IMG/VR virus record: IMGVR_UViG_3300046804_003780
Strand: one strand, 5' to 3'
DNA from: a virus
DNA: 64,000 nucleotides
Shown here: piece after piece, positions 35,370 through 50,300 of the stretch
How the letters are laid out: each line of letters begins with the position of its first letter
Position numbering within the stretch: the first letter of the stretch is position 1
Program-made: the position numbers and the translations under genes
The notes under the pieces: model-generated
The model's input: only the letters and a program-made list of their open reading frames with translations
Database searches by the model: none
Told to the model about the DNA's origin: nothing

Positions 35370-35391
35370 AATTTGTATTTATCTTCCAATT

Positions 35392-38300
35392 TTAGTCACT
35401 TTTTAAGAAATTTGCTGGTATAGTGTTGCTAATTTGCAGTGGATCACCATTAGCAGAATAATCATCACTATTCCAAATTTTGTTATAATAAAACGGATCT
35501 AGAATATCTTTTGTTGAAAAACTCAAAACATATGAATATTTGTCCTGTGTTGGGAGAATCGCAGTTCCTTCTGCTCCCCTGACAAAATTAGTTATAGTGT
35601 TATCTTCAATATTAATATTTTTAAATCTAATTTTTTCGCCGTTTATTATTATTGTATTACCAAATCGCAATACAAATTCTAAAGCATCTCCGTCTGTTAC
35701 ACCTGAGGTGAAAATTACCTGAGTTGTAGAATTTACTGTATTAAGATAATATGAGGTTTTAGCTAACTCAAGTCCTGTTACTAAATTATTTACAGTTAAC
35801 AAAACTATATCTACTATGTTGTAGTTTAAGTAGGAGTAAATCTTTTGCGTTGTTATGTCATAAGATGCATAAGAAACCGTTGATGTTATATCGACCAATT
35901 TAGTTACATCATCAACGTAGATTTTAGTATCAGTAGGATAAATTGGTCTAACTAACCAAGTGCGATTTTCAATATTGCTGTTAGCAATCACCATTTCGTT
36001 ATTTTTGTTTACTGTTAAAGTATACCAAAGTTCATTTGGAGTAGGAGAGGGCATATAACTAGTAACAATAATTGTATTGCCAAGTGCAATAGGAGACATT
36101 ATACTTAATCTATTATTTGGCTGATTTATACGCAAATTATTAGGTGTAACTCTAGTACCATTTATATGTACAAACAATCTATTTGTATCTATAATATCAA
36201 GTGTAGGTTGATTAATTGAAATTGTGTTTGTATATTTCCAAATAAAGCCGCCAGAACCTACTCCGTTAGAATAGAATGTTCCGTAAGTGTTACCTATTAC
36301 AGGTACTGAAAGATTAAAATCACTATAAAGCTCATATCTATAATATGTAACTGCATTCTCAACATATGTTGGCAAAACTCTTACATAAAAAATATTATTA
36401 TTAATTTCAGTAATATTTTGAACTCCATCTATTAATACTTGATCTTGATTTACGAAAAAAGCATTTGTAGCTGTTGTAACTACAACAGGTGTAGCAGGAG
36501 TATTTATATAATAAATTGGAGTTACTCTTATAGATGTTGACGTTTGCGTTACGAAAAATTGATTTTGAGTATCGTTAAATGAAGTTACACTAACTATTGT
36601 ATTAGCAGCAATTGATGGTATAACAGTTAATGTAGTTCCAACAATTGTGTAGTCAATAGTATTTCTTGCACGTATTCCATCAATTTCAACTACCGCATTG
36701 TTAGGATTGTTTCCTCCCATATTGTTAGTTAATGTAAAAGTTTTTGGTCCACTTACGTACTGAAAAACTTGAGTTTCAGGCATACAATATTGATATATTG
36801 TGTTTGCAGGGCCGTAAATTGCAAAACTAACATACTGAGTAGCTAAATTAATAATAGATGTAAAAACAATGGTAATTGCATTTGATTTATTTGGTTCTAT
36901 TTTATAATCAACATTGTTTATTTTTTTAACCCCATTAATATACACTACTGGAAATAAATATACTCCATCTTTATATGGATAATTTGTGTCTATGTAACTT
37001 ACATTTTTCTTTGCATCAAACTTAACAGGAACATTATCAGATGTACCTTTAACTTCTTGATTTCCGCCTCCTAAACTATAGACTTCAAAATAAATTTTTT
37101 CTGTAGGACTTAATGGTGAAGTTAATGTTACAACCTTAAAAACCCAATCTATTGATTGTATTTTAACTAAACTTGTAGGGGTAGGCACTTGATTAACAGT
37201 GTAAATGCGTGTTGCTCTATTATTAGTATTCGAAATTATATAAACTGCAATTTGTGTTGCGTATGGTGATAAATTAGCAAAACTAAATGCAGTAGAGTTA
37301 CCTAAATCAAATATTCCGCTATTTACATAAAATCCAAAATTTTCGTATACAGTAGGATCCCAAAGTGATCCAGGTGTAGTCTTTACTGTAAGCTGAAGAT
37401 TATCTGTTATCAATGCTGGTACCATTTCTTCTGGTCCATATCCTGATAAGAATGTTTCTCCTTTTATGTTATATTCAGGTTCATTAGCAGTTAGGAAAGA
37501 AATATTTTCCCAATCTATTACATTGCTACTACGTAAAATTGTTGAGTTTTCACCTACTGCAATTAAATAATTGCCATCAAATTCAATTTCATTTAAATTA
37601 TTTGAACTTATTTGTGAGGTTTGACTCCATGTTTCTCCGTCTGAGCTATAAAGTATGTAACCATTATTACAAATTACTATATAGGTGTTTAGAGCATAAA
37701 TGCCGTGATTTATTTGTTGATTAAACGATGGTCCTAATATGGTAGCTACATTCCAGTTGCTTGCGTTGGTTGACCAGTAAATTTTACCAAAATCACCTGC
37801 AGCTATAATTTTTGTATTTGAACCAAATACTGTGTTAAAATTTACATCAAATGTTTGATTAGTATTGGTCCAAGTTATGCCATCGTAACTTATTACGACT
37901 CTAGCTTGGTCAGCAAATACTGGTGAAGGAGTGTCTGGACCTTCTATAATAGATGTTCCATTTCCAACTGCGATAAATCCTTCGAAACTGGTTGCGTCAG
38001 CTCCTGGTATATATGCAACTGATTTTAAAACGTTTGGTAATCTACTGCCAAAACTATACCCTGTTCCCCAGCTTGTTGCATTAATACTACTCAAAACATT
38101 ATTACCAACAGCTACGTAATTATTATTGTAGTACACAACATCGTATAGTTCATCATTAGGAGTTTCTACAGATAGGGTATCAAACCCTGCAACATCAAAC
38201 GGAGCATCATCATAAACTGTGTATGAACCTACACTTACCCAGTTAAATCCATCATAGCTTATGAGCAGAGGAGCACTAGCATTCAATGCACTAATTACGT

Positions 38301-41300
38301 AAAAAGAACCTGAGTAAATTATTCTAGTCACATTAATAGGTGTATCACTTATTTTTTTAAATGTCCAGTTTCTACCATCAATACTATATAAAACAGTTGC
38401 ATTCGTAGCTGCATTACCAATTGCTACATATTTGGCCCCGTCATATACTATACTTTTTATATCAATTTCTTTTGGATAAAACGGCTGTCCTTGTAAAATT
38501 ACATCTAATTCAAAATCATCATTAAATTTATTACCTAAATTAGTACCATTAGGATATTCTAATCCTGTCATTAATAATGGTAAATGTTTACCAGGCATAT
38601 TGATAGTTGGTTGGTAATAAGCAATAATTCTGTCTAACGCATTTATAAATGGGTAATCACTTTGTAATAACTCCCATTTAGTAAAATCAAAAGTTGCGTC
38701 ACTATTTGCCACAATGCACTTATACAATTTATTATTATAAGTGACCAATGATGCTGCAGGAATAGTGAATGGTTCAGGATAAAAACCAATATCTCCTGCG
38801 GTAAATATGAATGGAGTAGCCCCTGTATTTTTTACAGGATTAATTAACGTTGCATCGTAAAATAATCGGCATTTTGTTGCACTTATTGGTATCGTATAAT
38901 ATTCATCAAATGCATTGGAACATATACCACTTAAACTATAAAAAACTATGGCTCCGGATAAAGCAAAAGTAACAGTAATTATTAAATCATTTGCCGGTGA
39001 AGAGCCTCCCAAAAGTGCTCCTGATATTGTTATAACGTCTCCGGTAGTGTAAATATTTCCAAAATCTTTTATGTCAATATCATACTCATTTGACACAGTT
39101 GTGCCATAGATTCTTGGGCTAGTAACCCAAATAATGGCACCACCAGAACCTGAATTATCATAGATATATGGAGTTGTAAGTCTGGCTACTTTATAGAAAT
39201 AAAGTTTGGTCTTATTAAGATATCCAGCTGCTAGACTAGTATTTGTGTAATTAAATGTTACAATGACATTATTTGTACCAGATTCTGTTGTTACTGCTGA
39301 TATTGGAACAGTGGCCCCTTGTAGGCTTGACAAGAATACAGGTTTAGCAACACCTTCAACAATAAATTGTGTTATTGATCCGGCTAAGGTTACGCTTACA
39401 ACAGTTATTGTACAACTATTTGTAGGAGCAGTTCCTCCCAATAAATTACCTGGTATCGTAATTACATTTCCTGCTTGATAATTTAATCCTCCACTATTTA
39501 AAATTGCTGTGTACACACCAACGTTATTGGCAGTTGAATAAAAATCAGGTGGCTCGTCTTGGTTACCATAAATCCAAGCATATACATCAAATAAAGCTCC
39601 TGATCCTCCCGCAGGACTTACGTTTCCTGAAACAGATGGGAAAGGTATTGCAGTAGCAAGCTTACTTGCATAGCTTGCATCATTTCCTATGCTATTATAA
39701 GTTGAGATGTAAAATTGATTTGGCTCCCAAACAGTAACCTCAGGTCTATAACTAGTTCTGTCAAATTTTAATACAGGAGTAATTTGTCTTGTAGGAGCAT
39801 TACTTGATATTGGAGCCAATCTAGCACCTAATGTTAACACATGATTATTACTTGGAGTTCTTCCTTGGACTAAAATTAATCTATGTGTATCAGTTAAAGC
39901 ATTAATTTTTGAAATGTAAAATGCAATAGCAGTAGGTCTATTTTGATTTGCAATAGTAACTGCAGGTTTTTTAGTTCCATATTCAATTAATCTTATATAA
40001 TAATATTGATTATCTATTAATCCCAAAATAGTTGATAAATTGCTACCTTTACTGTATTTTAATAAATCTCCTGTTTCAAACAATTTAAATGGAACGTTTA
40101 TAGTATAATTTGTATAGTTTATATCAGAGGTATTAAATTTATGTTCAATTGACGGTTCAATAATTAACTCAGGTAATACCTTATATCCTTCACCTGAATT
40201 TAAAACAGTAACAGCAACAACTTCTCCTGCTGACATTTGGGCCTTAAGGGACGCTTGTACTTTAGGAGCAGGAAAAACTTCTGTATTTACGTAACTTACA
40301 ATATTTGGTGGTTCTGTGTATCCTCTACCACCATATATAACACTTACGGCAGGCAAATCTATAAAGATTTTTGTTCCTGGAAAATGATCTACAACTTCAG
40401 TATCTAATGCACCTCTTGTTAATCCAGATAATATTCCCAAATCTCTGTCAACTGTGTTATAACCTATATATTCATTATCAATTTTAATCACGCCTACTGT
40501 TGGATATCCAAATGCATTATCAACAACAATTATTTTTGTTGCGACTGGGACATATTCACGCAGTAAACCAATAAAATAATTTTCTTTTCCTTGCAGTTTT
40601 ACTCCGTAGTTATTAAACCATTGATTATACTGTGGTTCTTGCCATATTTTATCAGAAGAATTATATTGAGATTCTAGCAACGTGTCACTAAAAACTAGTT
40701 CAGGAGTAATAAAAGAATCAAGTGTTGCATTCCATTGAGCAGGTAAATCAAAATCAGAAATATCTCCGTCATATAGATTTGTCTTTGTATATTTTAAACT
40801 AAATTCTTTAAGTTTTACTCTATATGGTTTAACCTCATTGATATATCCATAAAGAAAATCTTCATTGTCACGTTGGAAATTTTTAGTTTGCTCTAATTCT
40901 CTTAAAGTGTGTTCTACATCTAAAAATGAGGTTTTGTTTAACCAAGGTAAATAGTTACCAAATTCTTCTGTTTCGGTTATAATATATTGAAATAGTAAAA
41001 TTAGTCCTTGATTTCTATAAATTAATAGGTCATCAGTGAAAACTTCTTCATTTAATCCACGTATGATATTGTAGGTTTCTACTGACGGGAAACTGTCATA
41101 AGGTGTGCTATCGTAAAAACTGTCCCCAAATCCTATTCCGTTAATGCTATAATCATAGAGAGATTTTTTGATTGCAATTGTCCCTAGCTCTAGTCCGATT
41201 CGGTTCCAATTATTATTTTGATATAAATAAACTTCACGCTTACCGTTACTGTTAGCATTTACTCCAACTATCATATTCTCAAAAGCATTTAACTTTTCTA

Positions 41301-44300
41301 AATCGTAATATTTTGGAACGTCAATATCAGTTCTTGTTGAATCTGAATAACCTTCTGCCCACCAGTTTACATATTCCCAATAATTGTTTGTGTCAAAATC
41401 ATCTCCGGAAAGTGTGAAAAACGCAGGAGCATTTAACCCTGTTGTAGCCACTCCTCCCAATGTAAGGAAGCTAGGATTTTTCAACTCAGTTATAGGAAAC
41501 TTAATCATTACATTATTTGCAAACTGCACATAATTTTCCAAAGCCCGTAATCTGTTATAGAAAAAACTTTGGCTTGGTCGCAAATTAGTGCCAGTTTGTA
41601 ATAATCTAGGTAAAAATGGGTTAGGAACAGATTGTCCTAACAAATCAACTCCTGAAAAACTATCTAATAATTTTTGATATAAACCATTAGGAGTGACTAG
41701 GTTATTATACAATGTGGGGAGTCCAGGTAGAAAATCTTCTGCATACCCATCACGTATCAATTTAAATTCTGTGTGAGCAACATCATTCCCACTATCTGTT
41801 TTATATCCTAAATGCAAACTTGTAAAAGTAGCACTAATATATTCAAACACATTATACAAAGCATACACATTTTGTTTTAATGGTGCTAAAAAAGCTATAC
41901 CAGAAGTAATAGGATTAGAAATGTAGGATGAAACTATATTATCCGCAAGTGTTTTTGCATTTGATAAAACGGTCCCAATATTTTTAACCCAATAATAATA
42001 TCTTGTTACTATAGTACCACTTTCAACAATTTCGTTTAATGTTGTGTAGGCATCAATATCGTAAACAGTACCAACACCAGTATAATCTATAGGTAAAACG
42101 TCACTTTCTATCCACGTGTAGACTGATACTGTGCTGCCTGGAAACACTGTTCCCCAGTATCTACTATTATATAAAATGTTATTTTGATGATAATCAATAA
42201 ATTTGGTTTCAGATGTGTCGAACCATAATTTTCCAACGTATTCTTGTCCCCAAACAGATTTCCTTACATTGTTATTATTATATCCTGCAGGGTCTACGCT
42301 TGATATGTAATCTAAGTTTTGTGCGACAACACCTAATAATTTTCCTTGTAAAGGATCAATATAATCTAAACTTACAATGTTTAAATTATTTAAATTGTTA
42401 TATATTGAAACTCCATGTAGTTTGTTTATGTCTACAGTATTGGTGGGGTTTCTATAAATATACCAATTAGGTTTTCCAGAAGTATTTCTAAAAATATTAA
42501 CTCTACCATTTTGACTACCACTTAGATATGTGGGAGATCCAATTATAATGTTGTAATTATTAAACGAAATATTAGTTCCATAATACGGGGCACTGCCTAA
42601 AGTTGTGGTTGTATCGTTGACTAATTGACCAAGAACAAATTTTCCAATATTGTCTATACTTTCGTTGTACGCACCTAAATAGTCATATACATATGCTGAT
42701 CCTGCATCTGCAACAACATCAGTAAACACTGTAAAGTTATTATCAAAAATAGTGTCATTGCTATAATCTTCGTCATCAGTAAAATCAAATGTCGTTTGAG
42801 TATATCTATTACTTGTAGGAGCAGACACAACAAAGGAATTTAATTCATTAAATTTTATTGATGTTCCGTATTGAGTATTATTTTGTATGTTAGGATCGTG
42901 TAAAGTTTGTGTTTTTTTATAGAAAGTTATACCTAAACTTGCAAAATTTGCTTCTGCGAATACTGTTAAATTAAGTTTATCTTCCAAAACATTTAAACTT
43001 TGATTGATTAATTGTATTACAAGTTTATTATCATTTGTTTTTGATGCTATTACATTTGGAATATTTGCCTCGTTTATTGCAATAACCGCATTATTAATTC
43101 CAGTTGCAGGTAAAGTCACCGCAAATCCATTAATTAAAATGTTAATTTGACTTGATAAATTGTAAACACTAGAACCAGTGATTATGCCAAACTTTTTACC
43201 TGCATTAGTATATCTATAGACTGTACCTTCTGTTCCTGTTGCATCTACGATATCAAATGGAGAACCTACTAATAATTCATTACCTAAGTTATTATTACTT
43301 AATCCCTTACCATAAAGTATACCTACTCTTGGATTGGTAACTTCGCTGTGTCCTATGAGTGTTTGACTTAAAATAAAATCATTACCTTCAACCAATATTA
43401 AATCACCTGCTTTCAACACAATTTGTTCTTTAATTGTTAAAATATTTGTTGATAGTGTATAATTAGAACTTGATAAAATATTACCATTTAAAAATACACT
43501 TATAGAATTTGTAGGTGTCCATGCTAAGGCAAAACTAGTAGCAATTGTTTGAATGGGGGTAAATCTTGACTCAAATATTTGTTTAACTCTATTGTAAATG
43601 TATACAACTCCTGTATCCGTAACAGCATTAAAGTCTTGATTAGGCGCACTTATGAAAAGTTGTGTTCCATTGTAATTTGTAGAAATGTTTGATCCAAAAT
43701 TTGTTGCTGACCCTGCGCCGGTAATTGTTGCAACATTTGTATAGTCATAATAGGCTCTGTAAACTGTAGTGCCTATATTAGCTCCTGCAAAGAAATAACC
43801 TTCTATGGTAAAGGTTGTTAAATTACTACCTGCGTCAAATTCTCCTGTGATGATTTTGTAGGTTGTTGATCCATTTACATTAGAGAAACTAACCATTTGT
43901 CCTTCTAATAATAATGATCTTCTATCTCCTGAAACTCTAAATTGATTACCGTTAACAGATATAGCAGAGGTTAATGGATATCCAATACTTGTAAAAGTTA
44001 AATTTGAATTTTTTCTATACACAAATACTTGTCTTGTAGAACCTCTACCTACAAAAAAGTAATTACAATCGTCACTCATCACTACTTTATCTGCAGCGCC
44101 ACTTCCGCTTATATTAAATGAATTTTGTAGGGCAACAGCTTCAATTTTTTCAGTCGAAACTAGTTCATAAATGTAAACTATGCTGGTTGTTGCAGATTTT
44201 AATATGGCTAAAAAGTTTTGTTTTTTATCCATACTTGAACCAAACCCAGTTGGGCTTGATGGTATTGTAATTGTTTCGTCTAAATTCCAAAAGTTAATGT

Positions 44301-47300
44301 TTGATTCATATTTGTATCTATAAACATTTCCAGTGCCTGAATCTCCTAAGAAATAACCTAATTTAGCATCAAAAGCAACACTACTTCCAAAAGATGAAGT
44401 TGGCACTGGCTTGTTAAAACTTGATGATAATTGATAGTTGATACCTTTTCTATAAACTGCCCATGTGCCATTAATGTTTTCATCCACCCATACTGTGCTT
44501 AGGACAAATTCAGTATCAATGAGATTTAAATTACTAATATCTTTTGGTGATGAAACTCTTTGATTTTGTAGTTTTGCAACTATTCCAGTTGACTCAATGT
44601 TTGATATAGATAATGGCAAACTTAAATCTATAACAACTGAGTTTGCATCACTAATTCTTACTATAATATAGAAACCATCTACAAAGCTTGAATAATTCAA
44701 AATCATTATCACAGTATTGACTGCTAAATTATGCGGTTTATCAAAAAATACTGTGCAAGTATCATTTAAATTATTAACTACATTTATTATAGCAACTGGA
44801 ATGTTTGCGTTAAGAGATGTTGTGGCGTAAATTCTCCAATCACCTTTGAAATCTGCTATCCAAATATATTCGTTTTTATAAATGTCGTAAATTGAAACTT
44901 CATTTTGATTTAAATTTGCAACTTTAAATGAATATGTTTTAATATCTTCAAAATTCACATATCCAGCCGATGGTAATTGATTAAATGTACCAGAAGGTAA
45001 AAGTGGAAGTATATTGATATTATTTGGAACACGTCCGTAATTACTTAAAGCATAAATTGGTATTTCTTGCATTGAACCTGGTTCATTAACATCTTTTATG
45101 ATACTAACAATAGCAGGATTTCCATTTAATTTTTGTTGATCCAGTTTAAATTCAATAAAATTTTGATCTAATACACCACCATAATTTCCTATATTGATTG
45201 CCCAATTTTCATAAGTTGTATAATTTATACCACCAGTTTGTAACGTAATGTTTTGAATTGCAGAAGTAGCTTGTTTACTTCCTTTTTCGACAATCATTGT
45301 CTTATAAAGATTTACTTGTGATATGTCATCCAAATTTGCAGCAGCTAAATAATCTCTTGGTCTATATCCAATTAAAGAAAAAGATAATAAATCAGCGTCA
45401 TTTTCTAAGTTTGCTTGGTACGAATTATAATATAAAGTACTCTCATATGCCCTGCTACTTGCATTAGGTAATAATCCTTTTTGTATTAAATCATAGTCTA
45501 CTTTTGTCCAAAGATTTTGTTGAAAGGAGGCTGCTGGCTGAATAATTTCATTTGAAGCATAATAATTATTTTTATATTTTACTATTACGCCTTTTGTATA
45601 TTTGGTATTTGCCTGCCAATCTATAACATTATCCTGATTTAAAATAAATCCTTTTGTATCTACCGTGCCGTCCCAAGTTGCAGTTTTTGCTCCTTTTAAC
45701 AACATACGATATTGTCTTAAGCCAGTATTTGGATCATAAATTAAATCATTAAACAATGTTACATTGTCAAAAACAATTGCGTGTTCGATATTACTTAAAT
45801 TAGCATTAAAGTATGCAATAGTATCATCAACCTTTATAGGAATCGCAGAAAATTCAACTCCATTTCTAATAATTGACATATCCTTAATTTGTATTGGAAT
45901 TAAATTTTGATTTAATACATAATTTTGAGCTTGTAGTGTTAGAGGTTGAACAATAGCATTTTCTTTATTAATTACAATTTTTTTAGCCAAAGGATTTATA
46001 TTTAATATTGAACCTGTTTCCCAACCTGCTTGAATCCAAGCTAAAACCTCTTGAATCATTTGATTCCAATTAAGAATGAGGTTATTTTCAACCTGATTAA
46101 ATTCGAGGCCTTGTGAACTTAAGTAATTACCATAAGAATTAATAAATTCAGCAAGTGCCTGAGGTGTAGAAAACTCGGTGCTATATGGAACTATAACAAC
46201 TTTACCGCTTGAATTTTTTGAAATTCTAACTGACAATGAGCCAGATGTTATGGTTTCATACTTTCCATTTACCAATGGAGCAAATGTTTTAAAATAAATT
46301 TTATTTTGACTATTACCATATACTTGATAACCAGTATCAGTTTTTTGAATTATAATTGAACTATAAACAATCGTGTCAAAAGGTTGATTTTCATGTAGTA
46401 GGACTTGATAACTTTCGTCTGGAATTAATAAACTATTATTTCTGCTCGTTGGGGAACCTTTATCAACATAAAATTTTAACAACTCTTTGTCGCTAAATCC
46501 TGCCAATCGATAAACCAATCTTACATCTAAATTGTTAAGATATTCTGTTAAAATATCATATCCTGAATTTCCTGTACTCTGAACATAGTCCACTATCCAA
46601 TTAATGTAACTATGCTGTGCTGTTCCGCTCCCGTATAATACAGATCCTGTAGTTTGAAATCTAAACTTGTTATTGACTAGATACTGATCAAATTCATCAT
46701 TAAATTTATAGGTGTCTAAATTTTCTCCCAACGCATAAAATTTTGCAGGTTTACATAACGCTAAAATTTTTACCAAGTCGTAAGGCCAAGAACTGCTCTT
46801 TAAATAACTAAATTCAGCAGGACCCCAATCACCAACTTTCCATTGTGTTTGGAACGTCAAGTTGTCATAGTTACCTATAACAGAATTTAATGGATCAACT
46901 AAATTCCCCAAATCGTCCACTGGTAAAACTTTTAAGAGTCCTGGTCTTTTTCTTGATTCAATTATAATTGGATTTCCGTCATTATAATCATAACCATTTT
47001 CCATATCAGTCCATAATACTAAGTTATTTTTAGTATACGGCGGTAATCCATAATAACTATCCCACCATTTAGGCTTATTGGTGTACCCAATCATTTCCCA
47101 AGGAGTTAAGTTTGGAGTTACTGTGTCAAAAAACCAGTTATATAATCCTTTCCAATTGCCCCTTTTTACTAAAGTATTATCTAATCTATTTGTTGCTTGG
47201 TAATAGTTATATGTGTATGCATCTGTTGCACTGTAATATTGTGATTTATAATCAATTCTATTTTGACCTACCCAATTTAAAAAGGACATTGAGTACAATT

Positions 47301-50300
47301 GTAAAATTTCATCATAGTTATAGTCAGTATTTCTAAATTGTCCAGGTAGAACCTCATCACTTGAAATTGGAATTTTAGAACTTACTTTTAAATTGTTATA
47401 AATTCGGCACTCAAATTCAAATATTACTTGGTCACGATAATCTGTTAGATATCCATTTTTATATTCACCGTATAATGTTGTTAACGAACCATCGTGACCT
47501 TTTATAAACCAAGTAGGATTTACATAAGAAGTATCATAAACAACTTCAGGTATTGTTGCTGGATAAAATCCTAATTTTGTAGGAGTATTTGGTACATAAC
47601 TACCATATGTTTGATTGTATTCATTAACAACAATTACGTCTCCAATTACCAAATCAGTATACACGTTGACTAAGGGTTGATCCGAACTAACTATATAATC
47701 TACGTCCCTAATTAATTGTCGCTGAACTAACACTCCATTTACATTTCTTAAAAGATAAAGTAATACAGAGTTATAATTTGCTGAAGTAAAATCATATATT
47801 TTGCTTAAAGAAAATTGCGATTGATTTACATCGGCATTGAAAGAATACCTATTGGTTATATATGCTCCTTTACTAGGTAACATATCTGACCAAAAGAATG
47901 AATTGCTTTGTGTTTTGTATGAAGTTATTTCATTGATAGCGTTATCTAATATAGTTGACGCTATTTGATAGCTTTCATATGGTGTTTTAGATACCACATC
48001 TATGAGTAGACTTTTATATTTAATATATTCAACTGAATTAAAGTTAAGAGAATCAATTAAATTAAAGTTTGCATTTTTTAAGAATGCCCCAGTTAATGAT
48101 AAAGGAGCACTATTTTGAATTATTTTTGTTCCATATCTTACTAGGTTTGGTAAATCTCTGTAATTATTTGCACCAAATATTTGACCAACAATACGTTTAC
48201 TGTTTGTACAAATACTCAAATAATGATTTTTTATGTCTCCTAAATTAGGACTCACTATTTGCGCATTAAAGATATTGTTTTCTAAGTTTGTTGGTATCGT
48301 AAAATACCCCGTAGTGCTTACCTTATCACTATAAATTAATATTTGTATAGGCGTTTCTAATATTGGAGTAGAATTTAAAGTTATTGTCGTTGTATTTCCT
48401 TGCACTGCAAAAGTAAATTCAGTATCAAATAAAATATTATCTCTAACATAAACTTGCACTACCGGCCATGCAGTAGAATCTGTGGATTTAGCTGGTACAT
48501 CGCAAATAAAAATTGGACTGCCCTTTGCTGGGTCATAATTAAAATTAAATGCTTGATATTGAATACTATTTGAAATTGCAGTTTGCCAGCCTAGTTCTCT
48601 CACATAATCGGTTTTAGACTGATAATTATATATGTATCCTGTATTAACATCCTGTGTTGTTTGAATTCCATTTAACACATAATTAAATTTATCTGTGTTA
48701 TATGAAACATTAAATTGAATATCACCTATGTTGTTTACTGAACTATATTTTAAAGGAAATCCTAATATAGGATCATTGTTCCCAGTACCTGTCGCATATT
48801 GAAATAGTGAAGTTCCAATAAAACTACTACTGTTGTAATAATCTGTGTCCCCAAAGCTTAATCCATTTGAATCAAAAATATCAAACAGCGGTGGTTGATT
48901 TACTGTTGTTTTTAACTGCCCTTGTATCCAAGTTGATCCATTAAACCAATATGTATATCCTTTTCTATCTTCACCTAACAATACTACGGTTTGATCAAAA
49001 CTTTCAACATCTCCGTTAGCTATTTTTGTAAGTGTTATTACAGGTGGTGATTGAGTTATTACTACATTGCCGGTTGCATTATCTAATTGAATAAAATTAG
49101 ACAAATTTGGATCTGTGCTTAAGCGCAGTGATGTAGAATTTGGTATATCATATACATAGTATTTTGTAAATGCTGTCAAATTGCCTATGTTTTGATTTAA
49201 AGAAACTAAACTTCCTACAACAAAACTTGTAGAATCTGTTACAGTAAGTCTGTCTGTAGAGGCGCTAGTAGAACTTATTACTGTCGATGTCTGTGTAGCA
49301 ACCGACGTGGAAATATAATTTACTCTATAAATTTTGTTTCTAACATTTACATCTGTGTCTGCACTGAATATAACCTTACAACCATCAAACAATCCAAAAC
49401 TTAAGCCGTCTGGATAATACTGTAATTGACTGGCTACTTGTGTAAATGCGTCGGTCGCAGTTATATCAAAATAATCAACCGGAGGTTTTGCTTGAATGCC
49501 TAAATTGAATAATTTTAAGTTAGGGTAAAATTCAATAATTGGTCTTTTAGCTCTAGCCTCATTACTATTAATAACATTAAGTAAATTTTTACTGTTAGTA
49601 TGTTTAATAGTTTCTTGTATGACCTGTGAGTGGAACCATCTATTACCTCTAGTCCACGCATTTAAATTTTGGGCTGCTCTGTTAATAGTGATATAATCTT
49701 GTGTTATAGGTGATTCAACTATATCAGAATATGGTGCAATATCATATGGTGCAGCATCATATGGATTGTAAACACTTTGTGAATACGATTCTGGTGTTAC
49801 TAACGTAGAGGCTGAAATTAATTTAATACCTGTTCCAACTCCTTCTACATAATATTGATCCGTTTTATATTTCTCAGGTACAACGTCACCAGAAAAACTT
49901 ATTTTTAATCCATTAGTAAATTTAACGTTGTTTGGTGAGATGTAAGTTAGTTTGTTTAAAATATCAGTTTCAACATTTATATAATTGGCTTCATTACTAT
50001 CTACTATTTTAATAACGCCAATCTTTTTAAGATTTTCACTGTCCTGATAATACAATGTATCTAAGGGTGCAGTGACTTCAGGTATTATTTGTATTTCTCC
50101 TGTTTGTAATCTTACAAATTTTTTAAAAATATATTGATTTCCAATTAATACCGTAATATTTGTATTTGTTGGTATTACATTTAATGGGGTTAAATTAATT
50201 ATTGGATCACCTGGCTCATCTGTTTCTTCATAGGTTATTTTGAAGAAATACTGACTTACATTTACAAAAGAAGCTGAATCGAACCCTACAGGGTTAGTGC

